DNA of 60,972 nucleotides, filler included, from Gonapodya sp. JEL0774 (Eukaryota): assembly GCA_027604505.1 (NCBI GenBank). It is 13 parts of 13 records of this genome, joined end to end, with 100 filler letters (N's around TTAATTAATTAA, not from the genome) between each part and the next. Parts side by side here need not be neighbours in the genome. Positions count along the whole stretch, not along the records: positions 1 to 4,622 come from JADIIX010000900.1; positions 4,723 to 9,343 come from JADIIX010000901.1; positions 9,444 to 14,054 come from JADIIX010000902.1; 10 more parts are not named here. One strand, written 5' to 3'. Both the position numbers and the translations under genes were made by a program. This document shows, one piece after another, positions 1 through 11,085 of this stretch (its first letter is position 1; each line of letters starts with the position of its first letter). Under the pieces are notes generated by a model, which did not search any database, was not told the DNA's origin, and was given only the letters and a program-made list of their open reading frames with translations.

Positions 1-2446
1 TCGAGAATCCCTCGGCGCTCTCTGGAATCCCACTACGCCAGAACGCCCGAGCAATATCCACCACGGATGGTCGCACAGCAGCCGACACCACACGACGGGA
101 CGCAGAGCTAACACTCCGATTTCGAGCAGGAGAACGAGAAGTGGAAACGGATTTGCGGGTGCGGGTTTTATTTCGACCTCTGCTTCCACTCCGCTGACGT
201 GGAGGTGGATGGTCCTCATGGGGCTCACGTTCCGGACCCTTTCTATGCTCCTCGGGAGCCGAATCAAGTGGCACAAAACGGAAGAGGCCGCCTGCTTCCT
301 CCTTCTGTCTTCGCCGATGCTCTGCAATGACAGACCGGAGTGCCTCACGCTGTTGGGCACGGGACGGCTCGGACTTGGCCTTTGGGCGAGGTCGGGCGGA
401 ATCCTCAGATTTGATTAACTCTTCTTGCTCCGAGTGTGTTTGAGGTATTGGCTTACGTGGCTCACTCCGAACAATACCAGCTCGTGCCATATTACCGCGG
501 GAAACGGTGCGGGGTGCACCGTCTTCCACCTCCTCCCAAGCTAATCGTCCCCTTCGCTCCTCGGGTTTCACAGGTTTCAAACCCGTAGACGTCCGTTCTC
601 TAGGCCTCGAGTTCCAGTCGGCGAATTCTGTGCTGGAGGGAATGCTCCTTCCATGAAGCGATTGCTGTGTTTGTACCGGTCGAGTCTGCGGTCCCGGTTC
701 GGGATCCCGAGCACTGGTCCGAGATGACGGTAACCCCGCAGGCCGGGGTTCCAGTGAGAGCTGTCTCGTAGTGGTGGTTGTGTGTGCAGGGGGATCTGGT
801 GAGGGGTGTCTGGTGTGACGGGTCGGAGGCGACCCTTGCACTGGTCGAGAGAGCTGTGTTTCACCGAGAGATCCCACTGTCGGCCGGGCAGGCGATGTCA
901 CATGCTCTTCTGTTGCCCTTTCTGCCCGTTCCGGGGATCGAACCCTTCCTCCTCCTGTGGTTGGTGAAGCGGGTCTCGAAAACAGCGCCCACGCTGGGTT
1001 ACGATCCCGCGTAGGTGGGCTTGGTGGGCCAAGACGAGTGGGCGATGGCGACGGAGAGGTGGACCGTGGGCGAGAGCCGTGTGTAGGGGACGGGGTTCGA
1101 GCATTGCGGGGACCTCGATAGTGGCCGCGAGCGTCGTACAATCCCACAGGGCGTTCGCCGAGATCTGCCACACGATCGATGAAAGCACCTCCAACTGTTT
1201 GCGTGTTCTCGTCCACAAGACGTTTTGGAGCTAGGACGTGAAGCGTCCATCTATAAGTCAAATATACAAATTTAAAGTAACCCTCCGCTGACTCACTTGA
1301 CCACGAATCCGTACCGTATCCTACGGGCACGCCACCCTCGTATCGCACGAAAGGGATCGGTCCGGCGTCCGCGGCAGGCAAGGGTTTCGGTTTAGGTCTA
1401 CGAACGACCGGTGGATCGACACTGCGAGAACGGACTGCGGGTTGTAGGGGAATTCGGAAGGGCCATTTGTCTACTATGTCATGTACAGCAGAACGGCCAC
1501 GCTCCACGGTGGCTGAGCCATCGACTGCTGGATGTTCGGGCAGGTCTGGTTGTTCTGTTGCGGGAACTTGAGACTCCTGACCGGCGGTAGCAGATGCGTC
1601 TCTCGGAGGGCTCGCACCCCAGTCACCATTCCAAGAAGTTCTCGCGGCTTGTACCCTTACCCTCTCCCCTGCCGATCCAATATATTTTTCGCCTGGTAGT
1701 GGCGGAACCCTGTCTGCGAACGGGCTCTTCTCCGGTGCCGGGGCTTCTATCGCAGCATTGAGCTTACGTTCCCGATCTTTCAAAAATTGTAGCGCGGCGC
1801 CGCGGATTGCGCTGGGAGACGGGGTGTATGTTTCGTGACCCCACCATGACGGCTGTCCAAGTAGGTTTCCGGCATCGCCGGCTTCATCCCGAAAGGTGCC
1901 CTTGGCACGGTCGCGTGGAGCACTCCTGGCTCCAGCTGGCGGTTTCGCGGATACTACGGCTGCCTTGAGTTTCTTGAGAGGAATGGCTTGACCAGACCCC
2001 TCGTCTTTCAGAACGAGCTCTGCCAGGTTTCTGAAATTCTGGCGGTACTCTGTCTCCGGATTCCACGCGGTTGCTCTTGTGGGAGATACGCCTGACTCCT
2101 CCACTGTCTTCCTAATCGTGCTCTCGCCAGCCTGTGTGCCCGCATTCGAAACAGCAAGGCGCTCCTCATTTGCATCTCTTCCTGCCGCGTTTTCCCTCGC
2201 GGCCCTCTGTTGAAGAGCTTGAATTCCAAGTTTCAAAGCTTCGAGCAGCGTCTCATTTTCGGCAGGCAGCTGTTGGTTCTGAATGGGAGTATCGGACTGG
2301 GTGGTGCCGTCAGCCTGTACTATTGCACCTGCCGGTGGTTGATTCGAGGGAACGGACACTTGGGCACCGAAATCGCGCACGGGAGACCGAGCAGACGTTG
2401 AGTTACGTGGAGGAAGAGGCCGGCGAACGTGGGGAATCGGCGGCAT
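1..2446 (-). CDS. Long Ser/Pro/Arg-rich, probably disordered hypothetical protein; runs off the contig end (3' partial)
   Basis: Manual translation gives a stop-free frame from ATG 2446 (MPPIPHVRRP...) to the window edge, about 815 codons. The ORF track misses it because it has no stop codon. An AT-rich stretch at about 1251-1300 may be an in-frame intron. Confidence 0.7.
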   Translation of the reverse strand, partial: MPPIPHVRRPLPPRNSTSARSPVRDFGAQVSVPSNQPPAGAIVQADGTTQSDTPIQNQQLPAENETLLEALKLGIQALQQRAARENAAGRDANEERLAVSNAGTQAGESTIRKTVEESGVSPTRATAWNPETEYRQNFRNLAELVLKDEGSGQAIPLKKLKAAVVSAKPPAGARSAPRDRAKGTFRDEAGDAGNLLGQPSWWGHETYTPSPSAIRGAALQFLKDRERKLNAAIEAPAPEKSPFADRVPPLPGEKYIGSAGERVRVQAARTSWNGDWGASPPRDASATAGQESQVPATEQPDLPEHPAVDGSATVERGRSAVHDIVDKWPFRIPLQPAVRSRSVDPPVVRRPKPKPLPAADAGPIPFVRYEGGVPVGYGTDSWSSESAEGYFKFVYLTYRWTLHVLAPKRLVDENTQTVGGAFIDRVADLGERPVGLYDARGHYRGPRNARTPSPTHGSRPRSTSPSPSPTRLGPPSPPTRDRNPAWALFSRPASPTTGGGRVRSPERAERATEEHVTSPARPTVGSLGETQLSRPVQGSPPTRHTRHPSPDPPAHTTTTTRQLSLEPRPAGLPSSRTSARDPEPGPQTRPVQTQQSLHGRSIPSSTEFADWNSRPRERTSTGLKPVKPEERRGRLAWEEVEDGAPRTVSRGNMARAGIVRSEPRKPIPQTHSEQEELIKSEDSARPRPKAKSEPSRAQQREALRSVIAEHRRRQKEEAGGLFRFVPLDSAPEEHRKGPEREPHEDHPPPRQRSGSRGRNKTRTRKSVSTSRSPARNRSVSSASRRVVSAAVRPSVVDIARAFWRSGIPESAEGFS

Positions 2447-3931
2447 CGCGGTTTTCCGTCTTCCCGGTGTGTGCTAGCAGGCACATTATTACTATCCAAG
2501 GGCCGAACGTGTGGTTCAACTTCCCACTTAGAACCCACTACGAAAAAGCTCTGTCGCGAGATGTAAGCAATCAATACAAAATATAATACAATGAAGGTTC
2601 TCCTCATTGGCTGGTGAGCCCTCATTTGAGGAGTTGATTTTGAAGGCATTCAGCGTGTCATGCAAGGTCTCTAGAGTTCTACAGTTGCAAATGAAATACC
2701 TATCGAGTGATTTCCATATTTTTAATGACAAGAACACAAGTTTTTCACCTTTGCCTGGCAGATGGACTGCGAAGTCGCCAAGATCGCATCTGCCTTTCCA
2801 CTGCGATCATCACATTTCGTTACCATTCATTATATTCCCGAGCTGAAATATTTCCCAAGTCGAAACCATGATGTGCAAGCTCCCCCAGGGATCCCCCAGC
2901 TCAGATCCGCGTGCGCCGACACCGATCAGAAGTTGTACTAGCCCTTGGGCCAGTGTCTTCTCCGCGGTGAAGGGTCAATTTCAGCGGCATTCAGTAGACG
3001 TGAGCTCAGTATCAAGTCACGTGCCAAATACCCCGCCATCTAGTCATAAAGCACAACAGGTAGTAGGTGGCGATCGCTCTCATACATCCGCCCGTCCCCA
3101 CGCTCACGACCACCTTGCCCTTTTCTTGTGACACTAAATCCAACGTTTGTATCGACAAAGAAGCGCAATCCGATGACATCTATTCTGAGTGGAATAAACA
3201 AGATTTCATTCAAATTCGGAATGGCGCTTGAACAGCGCCAACGAATTCGATCCGAACGCAAACGTCGTCGGATATGGAAAGATGTCTTCGATGCTCTCGA
3301 GCACAACATCCTAGCAGGAACTGTCTTGGAGATTCGCCCTCGAGTTGCGATGGATCTACAGCGGTCGTGGGCATCCAGAGTATCGAAGAGCAACTCCTGA
3401 GATATTGCACGATCTGTTTCCTCTTTAAACGCGCAATTGACCAATACACACCTCGGTTTAGTATCCCGTAGCCTGAAGATCCCAGGAAGCATGAAGTTGC
3501 ATTGTGTTGGACCAACCTTCTAGGTGGTGTGCTTGCCGCCGTCCGTTTCGACAATCCACCGCAGAATCCTTCTGATTCGATGATACATCACTCCTGAGAA
3601 TGAATTGTGGCCAAACGAAACCAGTGCGCCTCGAAACACCCTAGCCAGCATTCTCTTTTAACCGCACAATCCCTGACGACTTGCAAAGGCTTTGCGTTAC
3701 CCTTTGCGATACTGATACTCACAGGAACCGTGTATCACACAATTTTCTAGATTATGTAATTGCATTATACTTCTGTTTTTGGGGAACACAAATGTGTGCA
3801 AGGTGCTGGAAGTAGTGAGGCACCAGCCAGCCCTGAAAAGGTTGAGAGCCCAAATACTTGACACAAGCACGATGCTTGCCGCGGACCCGAGAGGGACATC
3901 GTCAGCGCACCAGCATGGTGAAAACAGTCTC

Positions 3932-4622
3932 ATGGACGGCATGTCCGACCCTTCCCCGTCTCTGCCGCTGATCTCCAACCTCCCACTCCCGGAGCTTCGA
4001 AATCGGGGAATCGAGTCAGTACAGGTCATCCGAGCCCCTAAACTCTTTCCGTACTTTGTCAAGGTCGAGTGGCTCGTTAAAGAACCGCTGGTCAAGTCGT
4101 ACTTGTGCAATTTTTTGGATGTGAGTCTCGAATATATTGTTTCCCCAGTTGTCAAACAGACAAGCCACATTCGGCATCTGTCTGCCGCGAAGGAAGTGAT
4201 ATTATTATGTGAAATTCTAGTCTTGTCATGTTCCTGGATTTGGTGCGCTCTCACCTGTCTCTCTCATCTCGTGCAGTGTCCAAACAGTCAAAATCAGCGA
4301 GGCAAAGGTTGGAAAGGTGGGTTGAGCACCCCCTACGATACTCGCTCGCAACGTATCTCATGCATATGCGTACCATTTCAATACAGAGAATCATCATGAT
4401 AACTTTCGGTGTGTGTCTCGACACTTATCATTGCGGATTGTGGGCATATTTCCTGACGGATTCTCGGGCATGGCCACGGGGACACCTTCACATATTTACA
4501 AGAACCCACTTATGGTCAGTGGTGTCCCCATTGCACGTTGTTCACATCCCGCATCCAACTGTCGTTGCCCTTTAGGGACCACCACAAACTCGGCGTCAAT
4601 CCCCGTCGTAATCGAAAGTCAA
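3932..4622 (+). CDS. Possible spliced hypothetical gene, 3' partial
   Basis: Protein-like exon MDGMSDPS...VKSYLCNFLD ends at a GTGAGT donor at 4121. Downstream exons are uncertain. Confidence 0.25.
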
Positions 4623-4722
4623 NNNNNNNNNNNNNNNNNNNNNNNNNNNNNNNNNNNNNNNNNNNNTTAATTAATTAANNNNNNNNNNNNNNNNNNNNNN
4701 NNNNNNNNNNNNNNNNNNNNNN
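4623..4722. other. Artificial contig linker N44-TTAATTAATTAA-N44 (first of 12)
   Basis: The same 100-nt linker, with stops in all six frames, recurs at 9344, 14055, 18764, 23469, 28164, 32859, 37553, 42243, 46932, 51614 and 56295. The contig lengths never increase along the window. Confidence 0.98.
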
Positions 4723-4929
4723 TACTGCATGGACACGAATCGAGGCAAGGTTCTTGACCTAGCTGCAGGTCTCCTTGACTCAGTTCAGGGTGCGAGGGCG
4801 GAAGACTGGTGTGAGTGGAAGGTCAACTTGAAGGACGAGTACGTTGAGGATGGAAAGGCGTATCATGGAGGGTGGGTGGAAAGATATATGGAAGGTGTTG
4901 CAGAGTGGGGAGCCGACCAATCATATTGA
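4723..4929 (+). CDS. C-terminal fragment of an unknown protein (5' partial)
   Basis: Open frame from the contig start to TGA 4929 with protein-like composition (...YHGGWVERYMEGVAEWGADQSY), followed by AT-rich UTR-like DNA. Confidence 0.4.
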   Translation, partial: YCMDTNRGKVLDLAAGLLDSVQGARAEDWCEWKVNLKDEYVEDGKAYHGGWVERYMEGVAEWGADQSY

Positions 4930-7430
4930 ATGCATCTAAATTGGCGAATATATGAGAAACAATTGTTGAAATATCCACATGCAAATCTCCAGTCATGTCA
5001 GGTGAGTACTCTTAGCACCTGAATACCATGATTCTTTTCAGCACCGGCCGGGCAACGGTTAGGCTTCACAGTAAGCACTGCTGATCTTTTGTAATGCACT
5101 GCGATGACACCGACGAATATATACTCAATTTACGAAATGGGAGTGACGCCGGTCAACGCCGCATTGGGAATTATGATCACACTGGATCAAAGTCACGGAG
5201 ACATGCTAAAGCCAGCTTGACCCAAAATTATCAGTGACGGTACGGTGTTGAGTCGATAGCAATGCTTCTTCTAGTGCTCTAATAGAGCTGGATGCCAAGT
5301 GGCTACCAAATGAATTTGAATCTTGAACCATGTTCCACCAAGGCAAGACCGTGATGTGCGACGGGTACAAAAAGATGAAAGAAGATGGCCAGAGCGGTGT
5401 CATTGTGGGACAGGTTTGCGGTGGAATGATCAAGTCTGCAGCTAAGGTCAATGGCGTCAAGACTAAGGAGCAAACGACTGATCAATATTCCGTCGAGCGT
5501 GCACAATCGGCATTTGCGAGGGAATTACTCAACCCAAATTCAACCCACGTTCAGCCTCACAAGTCAAAAATTGGAGTTTGTCGCGGGGAAAGGCTAGGCA
5601 ATAGGCTCTTTTGGATATTCGAAGAGACGCAGCACAAACGGATCGGTGATCAAGGTCTGGTAGAAGGAACAAAGAGCTGGTCACACCATAAACACAGTCA
5701 CGGAGACCAGCAGCTAAGCCATGTGCCGACCGGTTCCCTTCAGTGAATTTGGGAGCTGGATCGTGATCAACAGTATCGTCGGGGGACACAAACTGGACCG
5801 ACCCATGAACCAGATCGATCATAACAAAAACCAAGCGTGCTTGATCCACGAGGTCGAAAATAGGTGACAGAAAGTCGGGGCGTGCCATGTCAGGTTTTGC
5901 GCACTATGTAAGAATATGATGCCTATATTAAGAGCCGAAGGCGCATCGGGGCTATGGCACCAATACAAGAAAGGAGGTTGTGGGTTGTATATGAACGCAA
6001 GAAGCAATGATCTGTTGCGAGAATGATGTACACCATAATCCGATTTCCTTCGAGACACAGGCATGATCCCTCCCGAACAGAGTCTCCGAGACTTGTTCAA
6101 ATAAGGGGGACCCAAATTACAAATTGCAAGTGCAGAAAGCGAAGCGATCTGACCATTTTCCTTCTGGATGCTCAAAGAACTGGAATCACAATCGGGTGAC
6201 TGTTGACCTTGAGTAAAACTCCCAACAGAAGTGATGGTGACCACGCCATCCACCACGTCCGACTTGACAAGGAAAGTGGTCAATGGTGGGTCCAAAGTAT
6301 GAGAAATAAGGAATGATTTACGTCAGGGTGGTGAGATTATTGTCCCGGTAGTCAAGAATGAAGTTGATCGACCTGTGAAACAGAAGAACTCATCATCCAT
6401 AATTCATCGAGACTATCACAACCCCGCCTGTCACTGTACATGGGCAATTTCAAGCTGTAAGAGAAAAAATTTCCACCGAGTCGAACACATTTGAGCACAT
6501 AGTGGGGCGGGACCGACTTCCAAACAAGTATCTCGTTGCGAGTATGACGTCACCAACCGCACGTGATCTCTGTGACTCTGTCCACCGCACAAAACCATGA
6601 CAGGTGCGCCGATCAAATGACTCGCAACTTCAGAAGTTAGAGTTTGGGAGAAGAAAAGAACAGATATGTGCTTGGTGACATTCCCAAGAGTGTGATAAAA
6701 GTGGTCAACTGCACGGCTGGAGCGAAGCCGCAGAAACGGACCTCCTCGAGCCAGGAGGGACCAAAAATCACAAACAAGGAAGCCCAATACACATATTAGT
6801 GCTTTGTCCTGGGTATTGGCAATCACTGCGACCAGACCCTATGATCCCAAGTGACCGGCACACCTCTCTTTCTTGATGACCACAACAGGAATCAGGTCCG
6901 ACGGGGAAAAGACCGTGATGCACCGTGGGTCCAAAAAATAGTTCAAAAAAAGTTCAGGTTGCGTCTTGGTGGTGGCATAAGTATACCGGTACCATCAAAG
7001 TTCGGCTTACGGAATTACAGTAACACACAGAAGACCACCAGCCCCTCCGATGAACATGATCCTCGCACGATTCCACTACCACAGCACAACGACCAAAAGC
7101 GCAAACCCCGACCAAAATATGCATGCAGATATTTGACGCTCGAATGTTTTCTTCTGACAACTGCAGAACCACTTTACACGCGTCTATAAGCTAAGGAGCA
7201 AATTAAAGTCCAAAAACACGAAACGCCCAACCAATCACACTCCCAGGATCCGCATCCACACGTCCACACGTCTGTCTACCTGTTGCCTCCACACAGCGTG
7301 ATCTTACGGTTCGGTACAGTCCCCACGTCCCCTTCCCGTCCACGTCCCCGTCGGTATCGCGCAGGGACAAGAGTCCCGTGTCCCGCGTTCCGTATTCTCA
7401 TGTATGGACGCAAAGCGGAGGGTGAAAAGG

Positions 7431-9160
7431 TCACCGCAGTGTGGTGTACCTGTACGACCTGTTCCCCACGAAACTGTCGTAGACGGCGAGGAGCCGGTCT
7501 TGGAGGGCCGAGTGTTGGCAGGTGAGGTGGGGCGAGCACAACAGCAGATCACATCAGTCAACGAAAAAAAGCAATCGCTCGTCCGTCCCACCACCGACCA
7601 AATAACCACCCTGCCCCCTTGATACCCACCTCCCACCCACAACGCCCCCGCCTTCGCGACGTCCCAGTGCGGAATCGCGTCGAGTCCCCTGCGTTCCATA
7701 ACCACACACTGCACCGCGGTTCCGACGATCAAGTAGGCCACGAAGAGGGCGAAAGTGAGTGTGAGGAGGGTGGGGAAGGGGTTGAGGGAGGCCGGGGGTG
7801 GGGGTGGGGGGCTTCGGGGTTGGGGAAGGTGACCAAGGTGGAATGGAAGTGAACAGGGGGGCGACGGTCTGAAGTGGAGCGGTGAATGTACTTACGGTAC
7901 GGACACGGCACATCCCGCAGGTGAGATGTATTTGACGGTGAGGGTGAAGTTGGCCCCGGAGGGTTGTTCGAGGACGGCGAGGGAGAAGGACTTGGGGGTG
8001 TTGGGCGAGCAGGGGGTGGGAGTGGGTGGAAGGTGTGAGTGAGCTTCGTGCCGAGGTGGGACAGATCCCCGCACACCCCACCCCACCCACTCACCTGCCC
8101 GCACACAACCTCCACCACCACGCCTACCTTCCCACCCGCCTCGCTGTTTCTCCGTTCGAGTACCACACCGGTTCGTGTGGTGTCGCCTGTGGTAGGGGTG
8201 AGTTGGGATACCGTCCAGGTTGAGGTCGCGGGGGCGACGGAGAGGGGAACGACGTCGATGGTTCTGGGAGGTGGTGGAGTATGCACGGGTGAGTGATGGG
8301 GTTGGAGCGTGGAATGACTTTATCCCGTTCCGTCGCAAATTCATTTTGTTTGACTCATGTGAGTCGGTCCTCTCCCCCCGGCGCACACGAATCAAAATCA
8401 AAGGGCTACACTCCAACGCACGCACCTCTCCACGTCGTCCTTGACGTTAACGACGCGTTTACATGCCCAGGAGTCTTCGGGGCAGTAGTTGACGGCGGGA
8501 GTGTGGGCGGGTAGAGGGGAGCTGGAGCGGAAGCCAGATGTGGGGCGCGACGGGGAGTGGGGAGGAAAGTGGGGAGCAAACAAAATGACATGAAATGGTG
8601 AGAGGAAGATAGGAAGAGAAAATGTAGGTGTAGTGGATGGACAGGGAATGTGAGCGCAATACAACGGCCGGCAGGAACCAACAGGGGTGGCGGATCGGCC
8701 AACACCGCAATCACCACATTCAAGCGCCAAAATAGCTCTCGTTGCAATGAGCAAGAGAGGGAAAAGCAACTGATGGTCCCAAACCGCAGACAGACCGGTC
8801 CCGATCACCGTCAATTAAAGTTCGCATACTCCAACCCCACGTACCATACACTCCACGAGTACTCGTAGACGTTTGTAGAAATGGAGAGCGACTCGTTTCT
8901 AGAGAAGAATTTCTCACCAGCGAGGGAAGAGAGGTCGAAGTAGGTGGTCGGTGATGATGGAAGTGATACCTGGAGAGAAGAGAAGAGATGGGATTGATGG
9001 CAAGATGAGAGGAGAAGCAGAGGGCAGAGATGGGAGAGTGGGGGGAGCGTACGTGAGAGCAGTTCCATTGTGCGAGTGTTGGGAGGGGGAAGAGTGCGAG
9101 TGCGACGAGTGCGATCAGTGCGAGGACGCGAGTCGCCGTCAATGACCGCACGTCAATCAT
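7431..9160 (-). CDS. ATG27: ATG27 / cation-dependent mannose-6-phosphate receptor-like type I membrane protein (multi-exon)
   Basis: Signal peptide (MIDVRSLTATRVLALIALVALALFPLPTLAQWNC) and luminal motifs YFDLSSLA, NYCPEDSWAC and ISPAGC. A TM helix is followed by AYLIVGTAVQCVVMERRGLDAIPHWD, the ATG27/M6PR juxtamembrane pattern. The last exon ends ...YRYTTLR* with a YxxPhi sorting motif. Confidence 0.75.
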
Positions 9161-9443
9161 TGCACGCGGGTGACATGTCGACTGTGTGATACGGTGTGAC
9201 GTCATCACTGTCACGGGAATGTTTTCCTGTGAATGGCTGCGTTGATTCAATGATGCGCCGGTACAGGAGAGCGGTTGGGGATGGGGTGGAGCCCCCGCAA
9301 GCTGTTCCCTACAAACTTCAAACCTCCTCAACTCGCTCGACTANNNNNNNNNNNNNNNNNNNNNNNNNNNNNNNNNNNNNNNNNNNNTTAATTAATTAAN
9401 NNNNNNNNNNNNNNNNNNNNNNNNNNNNNNNNNNNNNNNNNNN

Positions 9444-10268
9444 GTTACGAGCGATGACGAGGAGGGTTCCGCTACCGCAAATGAGATGGAGATTGCTGTG
9501 AGGTGGAAGCGACGAAGGGAAAGCGCACTCTCGATGGAACGCACCAATGCGCAACCACTCCTTTTCACCGCTACCTCTTCGACAGTTGCAACTTCATCCT
9601 CTCCAATTCTTCCCCCGCTTCCCGCCAATTTCCGCCATTCATCGTTCGTCATTCCCAGTAGCCCAAAACGCAATGTTTTGGCACCCGATCCATATGACCG
9701 AGTTCCGACCATGTCGCCCATGTCAAGTGTTGCAAGGACACTTGCCAGCTTGAGGAACGGAGCAACCATTCTTGGAGAACACTTTTCGTCGATTGGAGCA
9801 AGCTCTGAAATGTCCGACGGAGACAACGATGGGAATGCTGCTTCCGACAGTGATATGAACGGCAAAAACGACGAGTCGAGCACGGTTGGCGGCATGATTG
9901 GAGAACGTGGAACGGAATCAACTGGCGATTTTGTGGAAGGGCAACGTGGACTCGACTCGAATGGCGATTTTGTTGAGGACATTGTATTTTCCATACCCAG
10001 AGTGTCGACTATGAAGAGCTCGATGGCAAGTACCTTCGTGGGAGGACCCATCAAGTCCGATTCTGAGGCAACCTATGCACCGTCCTCTCCCACAATGTCC
10101 AGGTCGGGATCGTTCTGGCCCACAGATTCGAGCTCGAGTGTCAATGTTGCCTTGTGGACTTACTCTGAGCGTGTGCGTAACTGGATAGATGAGGGCAGAA
10201 AACTCGAAGATGAGGGAAGGCGTCTCATGGATTGGAAGGCGAAAATTATGACATCCTCAGCAGTTTGA
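9444..10268 (+). CDS. Ser-rich C-terminal exon of an unknown protein (5' partial)
   Basis: Open frame of more than 260 codons from the contig start to TGA 10268, ending in a helical-looking segment (RVRNWIDEGRKLEDEGRRLMDWK). Confidence 0.6.
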   Translation, partial: VTSDDEEGSATANEMEIAVRWKRRRESALSMERTNAQPLLFTATSSTVATSSSPILPPLPANFRHSSFVIPSSPKRNVLAPDPYDRVPTMSPMSSVARTLASLRNGATILGEHFSSIGASSEMSDGDNDGNAASDSDMNGKNDESSTVGGMIGERGTESTGDFVEGQRGLDSNGDFVEDIVFSIPRVSTMKSSMASTFVGGPIKSDSEATYAPSSPTMSRSGSFWPTDSSSSVNVALWTYSERVRNWIDEGRKLEDEGRRLMDWKAKIMTSSAV

Positions 10269-11085
10269 ATGCTATCAATTGCTGAGAAGGCGCTCGCTTG
10301 GCTCTGTGGAGAGTATTTGACATCACGCAACTCCTGCATTATTGAAATGCTTTCATTTGGCGATATTTCCGGTATTGGTCATATTGATTGAATCTTTATG
10401 ATACCAATTACGTTAGCTACATTCTCTCTCTCTCCTTTTTTTCTTTGTACCACTAGCTTTATTCCCCGTTTGTAATATCATTCTGCTTTCCCCCGTTCCG
10501 TCGGAACACGTTGACTGATTGATATCAAGCCAGGTGCCTGTCGGGGGCCGCCAAGTACCCTCGTCAGGAGAGAGACACTTGTCACGAGCACACATTTTAC
10601 CCTTTGGAGGCAGTTCCTCTGAAATCCTGACAAAGAATCTGTGATATTGTGCTTTACAAAAGATTCTATGTAGCCTAGCCCCTCTGACAGAACTCTCAAA
10701 TAAACTCTTGCGACAACCTTCGGTGAAAGTTAGCCGATGCAGGAGAGCCTGCACCGTTACCCGGGAACCCACCACCGCGAGGAGGTGCCCACCGTAGGAA
10801 AAAAAGAGACCGAATGCATGGCATGAGAATATGAGTTGAAATCTCAAGGGTGACCAACTGCTGAGTATAGAAATACAGTCTGCATTAATACTTATCTAAT
10901 GATCATAAAACACTGAGGTCTCCAAATCTGCTTACGGGGCAATCATCTAGGCACACTGATGAATACAAGAAGCCGTGGACTGTGGGGTTTTCCTCGCTAA
11001 TTCTGATATTCGGGAACACAACGCAACACGTTTTGGTATTTGTGACCACATAGATCACGACTCTAAAACCATGCAAAACCCCTCA

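Noticed and set aside
1296..1360. IQ-motif-like AIRGWRARR on the minus strand
   Set aside because: It lies in a different frame from the long ORF, with stop codons just upstream.
4930..7250. Fragmentary frames with faint transposase-like words (MIDLVH, FYHTLGN)
   Set aside because: The matches are too short, and I found no DDE/RT/integrase motif set or terminal repeats, so a mobile element call is unsupported.
7760..8100. Dense G-runs with G-quadruplex potential
   Set aside because: They coincide with C-rich introns of the ATG27-like gene, and similar tracts occur elsewhere (for example 27570-27700), so nothing specific is supported.
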